The notes under the pieces were generated by a model that searched no databases, was not told the origin of the DNA, and saw only the letters and a program-made list of their open reading frames with translations. Position numbers and translations under genes: made by a program. This document shows, piece by piece, positions 50,303 through 58,893 of a stretch of DNA of 64,000 nucleotides. Each line of letters opens with the position of its first letter. Position 1 is the first letter of the stretch. The stretch lies in the NCBI GenBank assembly GCA_945905715.1, contig CAMDPW010000003.1:105-64104 (forward strand), given 5' to 3'. This DNA is from Rickettsia typhi. GTDB taxonomy: Bacteria; Pseudomonadota; Alphaproteobacteria; Rickettsiales; JABSSG01.

Positions 50303-50911
50303 TTACCGCGCTATATCACGATTTCTTGTAGGAGAAAGTGGTGATGCACTTCCTATTCCTCCTTCTATTGCTACTTGCACGATATTTTTAGCGCGCACTT
50401 TAACTACAAATTTTACTGCATCTTCAAATAAATCAGCTGCTTTTTCTTTACCAACAATAGAACGAAAAAACTTAGCTATTTTGCTAAACATTTCTTGAAT
50501 AATTGACATTTTCTTGCCAGCTTGAACTTCCAAACTGGGAAAAGGGTTGTCTTCAGTTCGATGAGATGCTACGTAATTCCCCCATTTTTTTAGCGTATCA
50601 ATAAATATTTTGCTAAGATTCTTTTGCTGCTCATTGCTCAAAGATGTGATTGCAAAACCAGGGTCTTGTTGTTGTGCTACTTTCTCTATAGTATCGTAAA
50701 ACAACTCTGCAGTTGCTCCACTGTATTGAGTTGCTAGTTCCCTAGACTTCTCTCCAAGCTTGCGCTCTCTATCTTTTGCCAATAAGACACTAGTGACTAC
50801 ATCACGTTGAAATACATTCCATTCGTTTTTCATTTGATCCATAGTAAAATTTATAGATTGAATCATTTGATTGTATACTGCTGTTATTTGAGTGTTATTA
50901 ATTGTTTTCAT
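50303..50911 (-). CDS. hypothetical protein (orphan, predicted helical)
   Basis: 202-aa ORF with no signal peptide or recognisable motif. It is flanked by noncoding gaps of 345 and 383 nt. Confidence 0.5.
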   Translation of the reverse strand: MKTINNTQITAVYNQMIQSINFTMDQMKNEWNVFQRDVVTSVLLAKDRERKLGEKSRELATQYSGATAELFYDTIEKVAQQQDPGFAITSLSNEQQKNLSKIFIDTLKKWGNYVASHRTEDNPFPSLEVQAGKKMSIIQEMFSKIAKFFRSIVGKEKAADLFEDAVKFVVKVRAKNIVQVAIEGGIGSASPLSPTRNRDIAR

Positions 50912-51294
50912 AATTTCATCTTTTTATTTTTAGTATTAAAACTTATAAAAAATTATAGATTACAATAGTTAAGATAAAGTTAAGAGTAAAAAATGTTCAT
51001 TCTTCTGTATCAAAACCATTTTCCAGACTCTAAAACTTACTCTTCCAGAAAACTAAGTGTCTAGCTGTAAGATGAGTTATATCAAATTTTGTAGAGAAAA
51101 GTGTACTCACTCACTGGTTATTTGCTTTATAACGTTGTTAGAAAAACGTTATGGACACAATGTTATGTTACATAAATTAGGCAACGCCAATGAATAGGCG
51201 ATTAAAATTTGCGTTTAGAACTAATAAAAAAAGAGATTAATACTATACAAAAGAAGTGCATCCCTAAAAACTAGCTTTTTTTAAATTAAGTATT

Positions 51295-52437
51295 TTATCC
51301 AAAAAGATCTTTAACTTTTTTAAAAAACCCTTCTGAATTTGGGTTGGAATTATCTTCGGATAATTCGTCAAATTGACTTAATAAATCAATTTGCTTCCTA
51401 GAAAGCTTAACAGGAGTTTCAACTTGAGCATGTACGTACAAATCTCCTCGTGAAGTAGACTTCATTTTGGACATACCTTTGTTTTTTAATCTAAATTTAT
51501 CTCCAGACTGTGTTCCTGCTGGAATAGTTAATTTTACTTTGATACCATCAATTGATGGTACCTCAACCTCTCCTCCCAAAGTAGCAGTAACCATTTTTAC
51601 TGGTACAGCACAATGCAACTCGCTACTCTCTCTGCTAAATAAAGAATGAGCCTTAATTGCAAGAAAAATATACAAATCTCCAGATGCTCCTTCAGTACTA
51701 CCAGGCTCTCCTTCTCCATGTAATCTGATTCTCGTACCATCTTCAACTCCAGCTGGTATCTGCACAGCAAGCGTACGTTCCTTGCGCATCTTGCCCTTGC
51801 CATGACATTTTTTGCATGGATTTTTAATGATCTTACCTGCTCCAGCACAAGTATGACAAGTTCGTTCAACTGTAAAAAATCCTTGCTGTGCACGGACTCT
51901 ACCAATTCCGTTGCAAGTTAAGCAAGTAGTGACTGCAGCATCGGAACTACCAGAACCGTTACAAACATCACATTTTGCTACAGCAGTAAAATTAATTTTT
52001 TCATTTTTTCCATTGAACGCTTCTTCTAGACTAATTTGCATATTATAACGCAGATCTGCACCACGTACTGATGAATGTCCTCTCTGACCTCTAGTCTGAC
52101 TAAAATCTCCAAAAAAATCATTAAAGATGTCAGAAAAATTACCAGCAGATTCAAAGCCTTCGAACCCTCCTCCTGACTGTCCACTTCCACCAGGCTTAAA
52201 ACCAGATCCTTGTTCAAAGGCGCTATGGCCAAAACGATCATAAGCTGCTTTCTTTTGTGGATCTTTCAGTACATCATAAGCGGTATTGATTTCCTGAAAT
52301 GTCTTTGCAGCATTCTGATCTTTAGGATTGCGATCAGGATGATATTTCATGGCTAATTTACGATAGGCTTTTTTTAGCTCATCTGCACTGTCGCTTTTAT
52401 TAGCTCCTAAAATTTCGTAATAATCCCTTTTACTCAT
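51295..52437 (-). CDS. dnaJ: molecular chaperone DnaJ
   Basis: J-domain KYHPDRNP, a G/F region and four CxxCxGxG repeats (CDVCNGSG, CLTCNGIG, CHTCAGAG, CKKCHGKG). Confidence 0.97.
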   Translation of the reverse strand: MSKRDYYEILGANKSDSADELKKAYRKLAMKYHPDRNPKDQNAAKTFQEINTAYDVLKDPQKKAAYDRFGHSAFEQGSGFKPGGSGQSGGGFEGFESAGNFSDIFNDFFGDFSQTRGQRGHSSVRGADLRYNMQISLEEAFNGKNEKINFTAVAKCDVCNGSGSSDAAVTTCLTCNGIGRVRAQQGFFTVERTCHTCAGAGKIIKNPCKKCHGKGKMRKERTLAVQIPAGVEDGTRIRLHGEGEPGSTEGASGDLYIFLAIKAHSLFSRESSELHCAVPVKMVTATLGGEVEVPSIDGIKVKLTIPAGTQSGDKFRLKNKGMSKMKSTSRGDLYVHAQVETPVKLSRKQIDLLSQFDELSEDNSNPNSEGFFKKVKDLFG

Positions 52438-52458
52438 AAATAATCACTTCAAATAAGA

Positions 52459-52497
52459 CAAGGAATCTACTAAAAAGTTTTTTTAGTAGATTCCTTG
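52459..52497 (-). terminator. perfect 18-bp hairpin between dnaK and dnaJ (attenuator/partial terminator)
   Basis: CAAGGAATCTACTAAAAA (52459-52476), loop GTT, TTTTTAGTAGATTCCTTG (52480-52497). On the transcript it is followed by UCUUAUUUG. Confidence 0.6.
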
Positions 52498-52521
52498 ATA
52501 TCTATAATAAAATCACGCCTG

Positions 52522-54423
52522 TTATTTTACGTCGTCTTCTTTAACTTCTTTATATTCAGCATCAACTAATTTATCATCTGGAGCATAAGCTTCGGCATTG
52601 CCGGTTTTTGCTGCTTCTTGTTCTGTTTTATTCATAAATTCGCCAATTTTCATTGCTGATTTCATCAAATTCTGCGTTTTTACTTCTATTTCTTCTTTGT
52701 TTTCTTCTTTCAAAGCATCTTTCAAAGCAGTAATATCAGCTGTAATAGCCTGTTTTGTGCTATCTTCAATCTGCGTACCATGTTCACTGAGGCTTTTTTC
52801 AGTTGAGTGAACTAGGCCTTCTGCATGATTACGTGCTTCGGCCAATTCTTTACGTTGCTTGTCCGTATCCACATTTGCTTCTGCATCTTTTACCATTTTT
52901 TCAATATCGTCTTTTGACAAGCCACCAGAAGCTTGAATTGTAATTTTTTGTTCTTTGCCACTAGCTTTATCTTTAGCAGAAACATTTAAAATTCCATTAG
53001 CATCAACATCAAAAGCAACTTCTATTTGTGGTATGCCTCTTGGTGCAGATGGTATATTTTCTAGATTAAACTGACCTAATAATTTATTATCAACAGCCAT
53101 GTCTCTTTCTCCTTGAAAAACTCTAATAGTCACTGCTGTTTGATTGTCATCAGCAGTAGAAAAGATTTGGCTTTTCTTAGTGGGAATTGTAGTGTTGCGA
53201 TCAATTAATCTAGTAAATACACCACCCAAAGTTTCAATACCTATTGATAATGGAGCGACATCAAGTAACAATACATCTTTAATATCACCTTGTAATACCC
53301 CACCTTGGATAGCAGCACCCAACGCCACAACTTCGTCTGGATTAACGCCTCGATGCGGTTCACGACCAAAGAAATCTTTTACTTGCTGAATAATTTTTGG
53401 TACCCTAGTCATGCCACCAACTAAAACTACCTCATCTATCTCGTTAACTTTAAGATTAGCATCTTTAAGAGCCTTCTTACAAGGTTCGATAGTCTTATTA
53501 ATTAAATCTTCTACCAGACTCTCAAATTTAGCTCTGGTTATTTTTAAATTTAAATGTTTAGGACCAGAAGCATTGGCCGTAATATATGGTAGGTTAATCT
53601 CTGTTTCAATTGCACTTGATAATTCAATTTTTGCTTTTTCGGCAGCTTCTTTTAAGCGCTGTAAAGACAATGGGTCTTTAGAAAGATCAATACCTGCATC
53701 TTTTTTAAATTCAGCAATGATATACTCAATTAATCTAAAGTCAAAATCCTCACCACCTAAGAAGGTGTCGCCATTAGTTGACTTTACTTCAAAGACTCCA
53801 TCACCAATCTCGAGAATGGAAACGTCAAATGTACCACCACCAAGATCATACACTGCTATGGTTTTAGTTGTGGATTTATCAAGACCGTAGGACAAAGCTG
53901 CAGCTGTTGGTTCATTAATGATACGCAACACCTCAAGACCTGCAATTTTTCCTGCATCTTTAGTTGCCTGTCTTTGTGAGTCATTAAAGTAAGCAGGCAC
54001 AGTAATGACTGCTTTAGTAACAGTTTCGCCAAGAAAACTCTCTGCTGTCTCTTTCATTTTTTGCAAAATAAACGCGCTTATCTGACTCGGAGAGTATTTT
54101 TTACCTTTTATATCGACCCAAGCATCGCCATTAGAATGTTTGATAATATTATAAGGTACTAACTTCTTATCTTTCTGCGTGGTAGGATCGTCATAAACTC
54201 TACCAATCAACCTTTTAATAGCAAAAAGTGTATTTTTAGGGTTAGTCACGGCCTGCCTTTTTGCAGCTTCACCAACCAACATTTCGCCAGAGTCTGTAAA
54301 AGCTACCATTGATGGAGTAGTTCTTTTACCCTCGGAGTTCTCAATAACACGTGGATTTTTACCATCCATAATGGCTACACAAGAATTTGTTGTGCCTAAG
54401 TCTATCCCTATCACTTTACTCAT
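52522..54423 (-). CDS. dnaK: molecular chaperone DnaK
   Basis: [17 protein letters not shown] and [13 protein letters not shown] 54423 has a GGAG SD 7 nt upstream. The longest ORF starts at TTG 54429. Confidence 0.98.
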   Translation of the reverse strand: MSKVIGIDLGTTNSCVAIMDGKNPRVIENSEGKRTTPSMVAFTDSGEMLVGEAAKRQAVTNPKNTLFAIKRLIGRVYDDPTTQKDKKLVPYNIIKHSNGDAWVDIKGKKYSPSQISAFILQKMKETAESFLGETVTKAVITVPAYFNDSQRQATKDAGKIAGLEVLRIINEPTAAALSYGLDKSTTKTIAVYDLGGGTFDVSILEIGDGVFEVKSTNGDTFLGGEDFDFRLIEYIIAEFKKDAGIDLSKDPLSLQRLKEAAEKAKIELSSAIETEINLPYITANASGPKHLNLKITRAKFESLVEDLINKTIEPCKKALKDANLKVNEIDEVVLVGGMTRVPKIIQQVKDFFGREPHRGVNPDEVVALGAAIQGGVLQGDIKDVLLLDVAPLSIGIETLGGVFTRLIDRNTTIPTKKSQIFSTADDNQTAVTIRVFQGERDMAVDNKLLGQFNLENIPSAPRGIPQIEVAFDVDANGILNVSAKDKASGKEQKITIQASGGLSKDDIEKMVKDAEANVDTDKQRKELAEARNHAEGLVHSTEKSLSEHGTQIEDSTKQAITADITALKDALKEENKEEIEVKTQNLMKSAMKIGEFMNKTEQEAAKTGNAEAYAPDDKLVDAEYKEVKEDDVK

Positions 54424-54466
54424 CTTCAAACTCCGTAATTAAATTGTTTCTTTTATTGTTAAGTAT

Positions 54467-54496
54467 GATATAGGTATCATTCTTTTTCATTGCAAG
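54467..54496 (-). promoter_or_regulatory. sigma-32 (RpoH)-type heat-shock promoter for dnaKJ
   Basis: The minus strand reads CTTGCAA-N15-CCTATATC. This equals CTTG-N18-CCTATAT and fits the alphaproteobacterial RpoH consensus CTTG-N17/18-CYTATNT. It lies about 45 nt upstream of the dnaK ATG. Confidence 0.5.
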
Positions 54497-54524
54497 AGCG
54501 ATAATAAAAAAAATCACATAATCC

Positions 54525-54986
54525 TCATTTGTGATGATATGGATGCCCAGAAATAATAGAATGTGCTCTATACAACTGCTCAACCAATACCACTCTAACC
54601 AATTTATGGGACATTGTCATTTTGCCTAAAGCTAGTTTATAATCAGCTTTAATAAGTAGCTCTTTACTGTGACCATATGCACCTCCAATAGTAAAGGCAA
54701 GGCAAGATTTACCTAATACTTGCAAACTACTCAAATACTTAGCAAATTCTTCAGAGTTTAGATTTTGACCATTTTCATCAAGAGCTATTAGAAAATAATT
54801 TTTAGGCACAGTTTGCAAAATCAATCTAGATTCTTGTTGTTGGCGAGTAATGCCATCTAAAGATTTTTTATCAACTAATTCTGATATCTGCAACTTCCAG
54901 CTAAATCGTTTACGATATTCACTTATGATTTGTTGTTCTGGATCTTGGTTATGAATTTTGCCAATGGCTGATATTAAGACATGCAT
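54525..54986 (-). CDS. rlmH: 23S rRNA (pseudouridine1915-N3)-methyltransferase RlmH
   Basis: SPOUT fold, 153 aa, LDENGQ...FTIGGAYG...SHKLVRVVLVEQLYRA...GHPYH. Confidence 0.88.
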   Translation of the reverse strand: MHVLISAIGKIHNQDPEQQIISEYRKRFSWKLQISELVDKKSLDGITRQQQESRLILQTVPKNYFLIALDENGQNLNSEEFAKYLSSLQVLGKSCLAFTIGGAYGHSKELLIKADYKLALGKMTMSHKLVRVVLVEQLYRAHSIISGHPYHHK

Positions 54987-55324
54987 TATGATTTTTTCTT
55001 TTTCCAGATTTCTTCTAGTCTGTAATGTAGCCTAGCTTCAGGTTGAAAAATATGAATAATGATATCACCAATATCAATCAAGACCCACTGGCAATTTTCA
55101 GTGCCTTCGACTGCAATATTATCAATATCTGTATTTTTTAGAGCTCTCACTAAGTGATGAGCAATTGATTTAACATGTCGATTTGAATTTCCAGATACAA
55201 TATACATATATTCACAAATTGAATCGATACCAGCAAGATCAAGTTTTGTAATATCTTCTGCCTTGCTGTCGTACAACCGGCCTTCCACAATTGCGAGCAA
55301 TGGATTCTTAGATTTTTTTGTCAT
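54986..55324 (-). CDS. rsfS: ribosome silencing factor RsfS (iojap)
   Basis: YMYIVSGNSNRHVKSIA...WVLIDIGDIIIHIFQPEAR.YY-like motif, within nadD-rsfS-rlmH synteny. Confidence 0.88.
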   Translation of the reverse strand: MTKKSKNPLLAIVEGRLYDSKAEDITKLDLAGIDSICEYMYIVSGNSNRHVKSIAHHLVRALKNTDIDNIAVEGTENCQWVLIDIGDIIIHIFQPEARLHYRLEEIWKKKKS

Positions 55325-55914
55325 AGTATGAGTTTTTGCCTGATTTGCGTTGATGAGATGTTGATGAGTTTATCATTAATCACACACCAACATGGCGTAT
55401 CTTTTTCCTTAAATTTGCTATAGCGACTAATTTTATACCCGTCAAACCTTGTTGCAACTTTTGAATGAGATGATTTATATTGGTAATTATTTCTATTGTA
55501 AATAGCTATTTTGATGTTTAACCAAATATCTTGCCAACGATACCAATGATGGAATCGCACCAGATTATCTGCACCTAATATATAAATAAAATGATTACGA
55601 TGGAAATGCTTAATTATATAGCTAACTGAATTAAATGTTCTGTTGCTATTTATTCTCTTCTCTATATCTGTGACAATGATTCTGTGATGGCTTTTAGTTA
55701 TTACTTGGCAATCTTTCATTCTCTGTTCAAAGGAGGAAATGCTAGATAACGATTTTAAAGGGTTGCATGGAGTGACCAACCACCACACAAAGTCCAAACC
55801 GAACTTTTGTATTATTTGGTTACTAATAAATACATGCCCTTCGTGCGGAGGATTAAATGACCCCCCTAATAAGCCAATAGATAGATTTGTATTTTTAAAG
55901 ATATTGAGATTCAT
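55321..55914 (-). CDS. nadD: nicotinate-nucleotide adenylyltransferase
   Basis: GGSFNPPHEGH and ISSTQIR motifs. Confidence 0.88.
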   Translation of the reverse strand: MNLNIFKNTNLSIGLLGGSFNPPHEGHVFISNQIIQKFGLDFVWWLVTPCNPLKSLSSISSFEQRMKDCQVITKSHHRIIVTDIEKRINSNRTFNSVSYIIKHFHRNHFIYILGADNLVRFHHWYRWQDIWLNIKIAIYNRNNYQYKSSHSKVATRFDGYKISRYSKFKEKDTPCWCVINDKLINISSTQIRQKLIL

Positions 55915-55999
55915 TTTTAAATAATGTATAGTTTTATCAAATGAAGATTAGATTGATTTAAACTATTTGTAAATATTCAGAGAGATAAAAATAGATACC

Positions 56000-56233
56000 A
56001 TGCCCATTGCAACTAATGAACTAGAGTATCTTTTAAGTAAGTTTTTCTCTAAATCTGAAATTTTATTAAAAGATTTAGCAGGCGATGGCAACCATTACGA
56101 GGTATTAATAAAGTCAGCTAAATTTAATGGTAAAACTAAAATTGCACAACATCGCATGGTAAACGAAGCACTAAGGGGTTGTTTAGGAGAAGATTTACAC
56201 GCTTTAGTTATTAAAACTGTACCAATAGAATAA
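56000..56233 (+). CDS. BolA-family protein
   Basis: 77 aa; GDGNHYEVLIKSAKFNGKTKIAQHRMVNEAL...LHALVIKT is the BolA signature. Confidence 0.85.
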   Translation: MPIATNELEYLLSKFFSKSEILLKDLAGDGNHYEVLIKSAKFNGKTKIAQHRMVNEALRGCLGEDLHALVIKTVPIE

Positions 56234-56250
56234 TAAAGGAGTAATAAATA

Positions 56251-56577
56251 ATGCATGACCAAATCTTTAATCAAATCACACAAGACCTGAAAAATAATGA
56301 TATAGTTTTATTTATGAAAGGCAATACACTTATGCCAAGATGCAATTTTTCAGCTGTTGTTTGTTCCATTTTAAACGATCTTGGTGTGAAATATAAAGAA
56401 TGCGATGTCTTGCTTGATAATAATTTAAGAGAAGGTATCAAAACATACAGTGACTGGCCTACAATCCCTCAATTGTATATTAAAGAAGAATTTATTGGTG
56501 GCTGTGATATTGTGAAAGAAATACATGCTTCTGGAGAATTATTGGAATTACTCAAGAAACATCATTTAGTTGCTTAA
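56251..56577 (+). CDS. Grx4-type monothiol glutaredoxin with CNFS in place of CGFS
   Basis: VLFMKGNTLMPRCNFSAVV...WPTIPQLYIKEEFIGGCDI. The active-site codons tgc aat ttt tca read C-N-F-S. Confidence 0.85.
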   Translation: MHDQIFNQITQDLKNNDIVLFMKGNTLMPRCNFSAVVCSILNDLGVKYKECDVLLDNNLREGIKTYSDWPTIPQLYIKEEFIGGCDIVKEIHASGELLELLKKHHLVA

Positions 56578-56599
56578 GCCTAAATTTTGATTATTTATT

Positions 56600-57544
56600 A
56601 TGAGCGTTAATATCATTAGCATTAAAGCGCTATATAAAGAATATCGCAATTATCAAACCAACGGCTCCTTGGTTGCTCTGAATCATGTTGATTTAGAAAT
56701 TCCAGAAGGCTCATTTTTTGGGTTACTTGGCCCAAATGGAGCTGGTAAATCAACTATAATTAATATTCTCGCTGGAATTACAAACAAAACTTCTGGTAGT
56801 TGTATGGTGAACGGATATGATTTGGATATTGACCCCATAAAAGTAAAGCTTTCCTTAGGAATAGTACCGCAAGAAATTGTTTGTGATCCTTTTTTTACTG
56901 TACGACAAACTTTAAATAATTATGCTGGCTATTTTGGCGTGTCTAAAAACAGACGCAAGACTGATGAAATCATTAATGCTCTAGATTTAACAGATAAAGC
57001 AGATGCACCATCTCGAAGTTTATCTGGAGGAATGAAAAGGCGCTTATTAATTGCCAAAGCTCTTGTCCATCAACCAAAAATACTAATATTAGATGAGCCA
57101 ACAGCTGGTGTAGACATAGAATTACGCGAACAACTATGGCAATATGTACTCAAATTAAATCAAGATGGCACAACTATTATCTTAACTACACATTATATCG
57201 AAGAAGCTGAAAAACTCTGTGAATATATTGCAATAATTAACCATGGCTCAATTATTGCAAACGATAAAAAGGAAGATCTGTTGGTTTTATTCCGTGAAAA
57301 AATTCTCACCATAGAATTTGATGGTTTCCAAAGTCATGTAATTGATATGGAGTATTTAGAAAGATTAGGAGGACAAATTAAAGAAAACAAATTAATTATT
57401 AAATATACTGATAAAAAATATTTAGATGAGCTCATTAAATATATAGTAGCAACTCACTTGATAGTAACTAACATAACCTCTACAGAAACCAAATTAGAAG
57501 ATGTGTTAAAAGGCTTAATTCGCAAGGATAAAGTAGAAATATGA
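56600..57544 (+). CDS. ABC transporter ATP-binding protein (ABC-2/YadG-like, with C-terminal accessory domain)
   Basis: Walker A GPNGAGKS, signature LSGGMKRR, Walker B ILILDEP and the H-loop TTHY. Confidence 0.9.
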   Translation: MSVNIISIKALYKEYRNYQTNGSLVALNHVDLEIPEGSFFGLLGPNGAGKSTIINILAGITNKTSGSCMVNGYDLDIDPIKVKLSLGIVPQEIVCDPFFTVRQTLNNYAGYFGVSKNRRKTDEIINALDLTDKADAPSRSLSGGMKRRLLIAKALVHQPKILILDEPTAGVDIELREQLWQYVLKLNQDGTTIILTTHYIEEAEKLCEYIAIINHGSIIANDKKEDLLVLFREKILTIEFDGFQSHVIDMEYLERLGGQIKENKLIIKYTDKKYLDELIKYIVATHLIVTNITSTETKLEDVLKGLIRKDKVEI

Positions 57545-58047
57545 TTAAGAGCTTTGTACAAGTAAAGCATCGTAACTTTGTCATTAGCGCAATGATAATC
57601 GTTACTATCTTAGCTGTCTTGTTGTTGTGGATTGATGAAGTATATGCTTTAGGGTCTAATAAGCAATACATTTTTTTTACTGCCTTACTAGCTTTGACAG
57701 CTACTTTTATGATCTTGATATTCAGAACTTACATATTATATCAAAACATAAAGAAGTTCTTACCCATGCTAGGTACCGCAAATATAATTTCAGATACAAC
57801 TCAATATCTCATTAGCACTAATCAAGGCATGGTACTACTATTCAACGATCAAAACATTATTAACTTTTGCAATAATAGACTGGTTAGTTTATTGTCACAT
57901 AATACAATACAAAGCTACCCAGTAGAATTCTCTGTCGATAACAGAACAGTGAAGTTGTATAAGTTGAAAGATTTATGCAAGCACGAACATAAGCTCAGTA
58001 ATTACATTCTTATCACAGTAGCGCCGAACGACATAAGCATCAAATAG
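57541..58047 (+). CDS. hypothetical membrane protein (2 TM + about 100-aa soluble tail), translationally coupled to the ABC ATPase
   Basis: ATGA start/stop overlap at 57541-57544. The TM segments are FVISAMIIVTILAVLLLWI and YIFFTALLALTATFMILIF. It is not a 6-TM ABC-2 permease. Confidence 0.5.
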   Translation: MIKSFVQVKHRNFVISAMIIVTILAVLLLWIDEVYALGSNKQYIFFTALLALTATFMILIFRTYILYQNIKKFLPMLGTANIISDTTQYLISTNQGMVLLFNDQNIINFCNNRLVSLLSHNTIQSYPVEFSVDNRTVKLYKLKDLCKHEHKLSNYILITVAPNDISIK

Positions 58048-58893
58048 CATTCTAGTAGATTAGTTATTATTTGTCGTTAAAAATTCCGGCCTTTCTAACT
58101 AATTAAGCTGCTGTAATAATTCAATCTGTTTTTTGAACGTCTGACAAAAAACTTTCCCAATTAAAATTGTAAGAGATAAATAATATCTATTTTGAAGAGT
58201 TTTTATCTGATTGACTATAATTTGATATACCGCTCATTATCATCGTTTATATAACCAGATATACGCTCGACTTATCACGCACAAGATGAACTTTATCTTG
58301 TGACTAGATATTTGCTCTAAAGCAATCAGGTAGCGTGTTGTGATAAGTGCTACTCATGAAACTTACCTTGCTCTTGATGCCGCGATGAGCTGAATCCCCT
58401 TACATAATCTTTATCTTAAAATGAACTTTTGGTTAGCAAGAAAGATTTAGATGGTAATTGCAACCATATAAATTTAGTGACTATCAACATTTATCCTAAA
58501 AGCGTTAGTCTCTAAGTATCAGTTTTGTAGAGATTTTGGATCGCGCAGGTTTGGTCGTTCTTCTTGGTATTAATATTTCTTAATTACAAGCTATGCCACT
58601 AAATTTTGAAAGTTTTTATAGATGCCATGGTACAAAAAAATACAGAACACAAGCTTTACTTATAATTATGGCTAGCTAGCAAGACGCAGAAAGCTTTAGC
58701 GAAAACCGCTGTCTACCAAATAAAATGTAGTTTTTTCTAGTAAAAAAATCTCGTTTATAAAAAAAATATTTAATAGAATGAAAAAAACTTTTTTTTAACT
58801 CTTTGTTAATCTTTTTGTGCCAGGATCTTATCTTAAGAATGCATTAATAGCATGAACTGCGAATAAACATTTAAACAATTTAATGAGGATATT

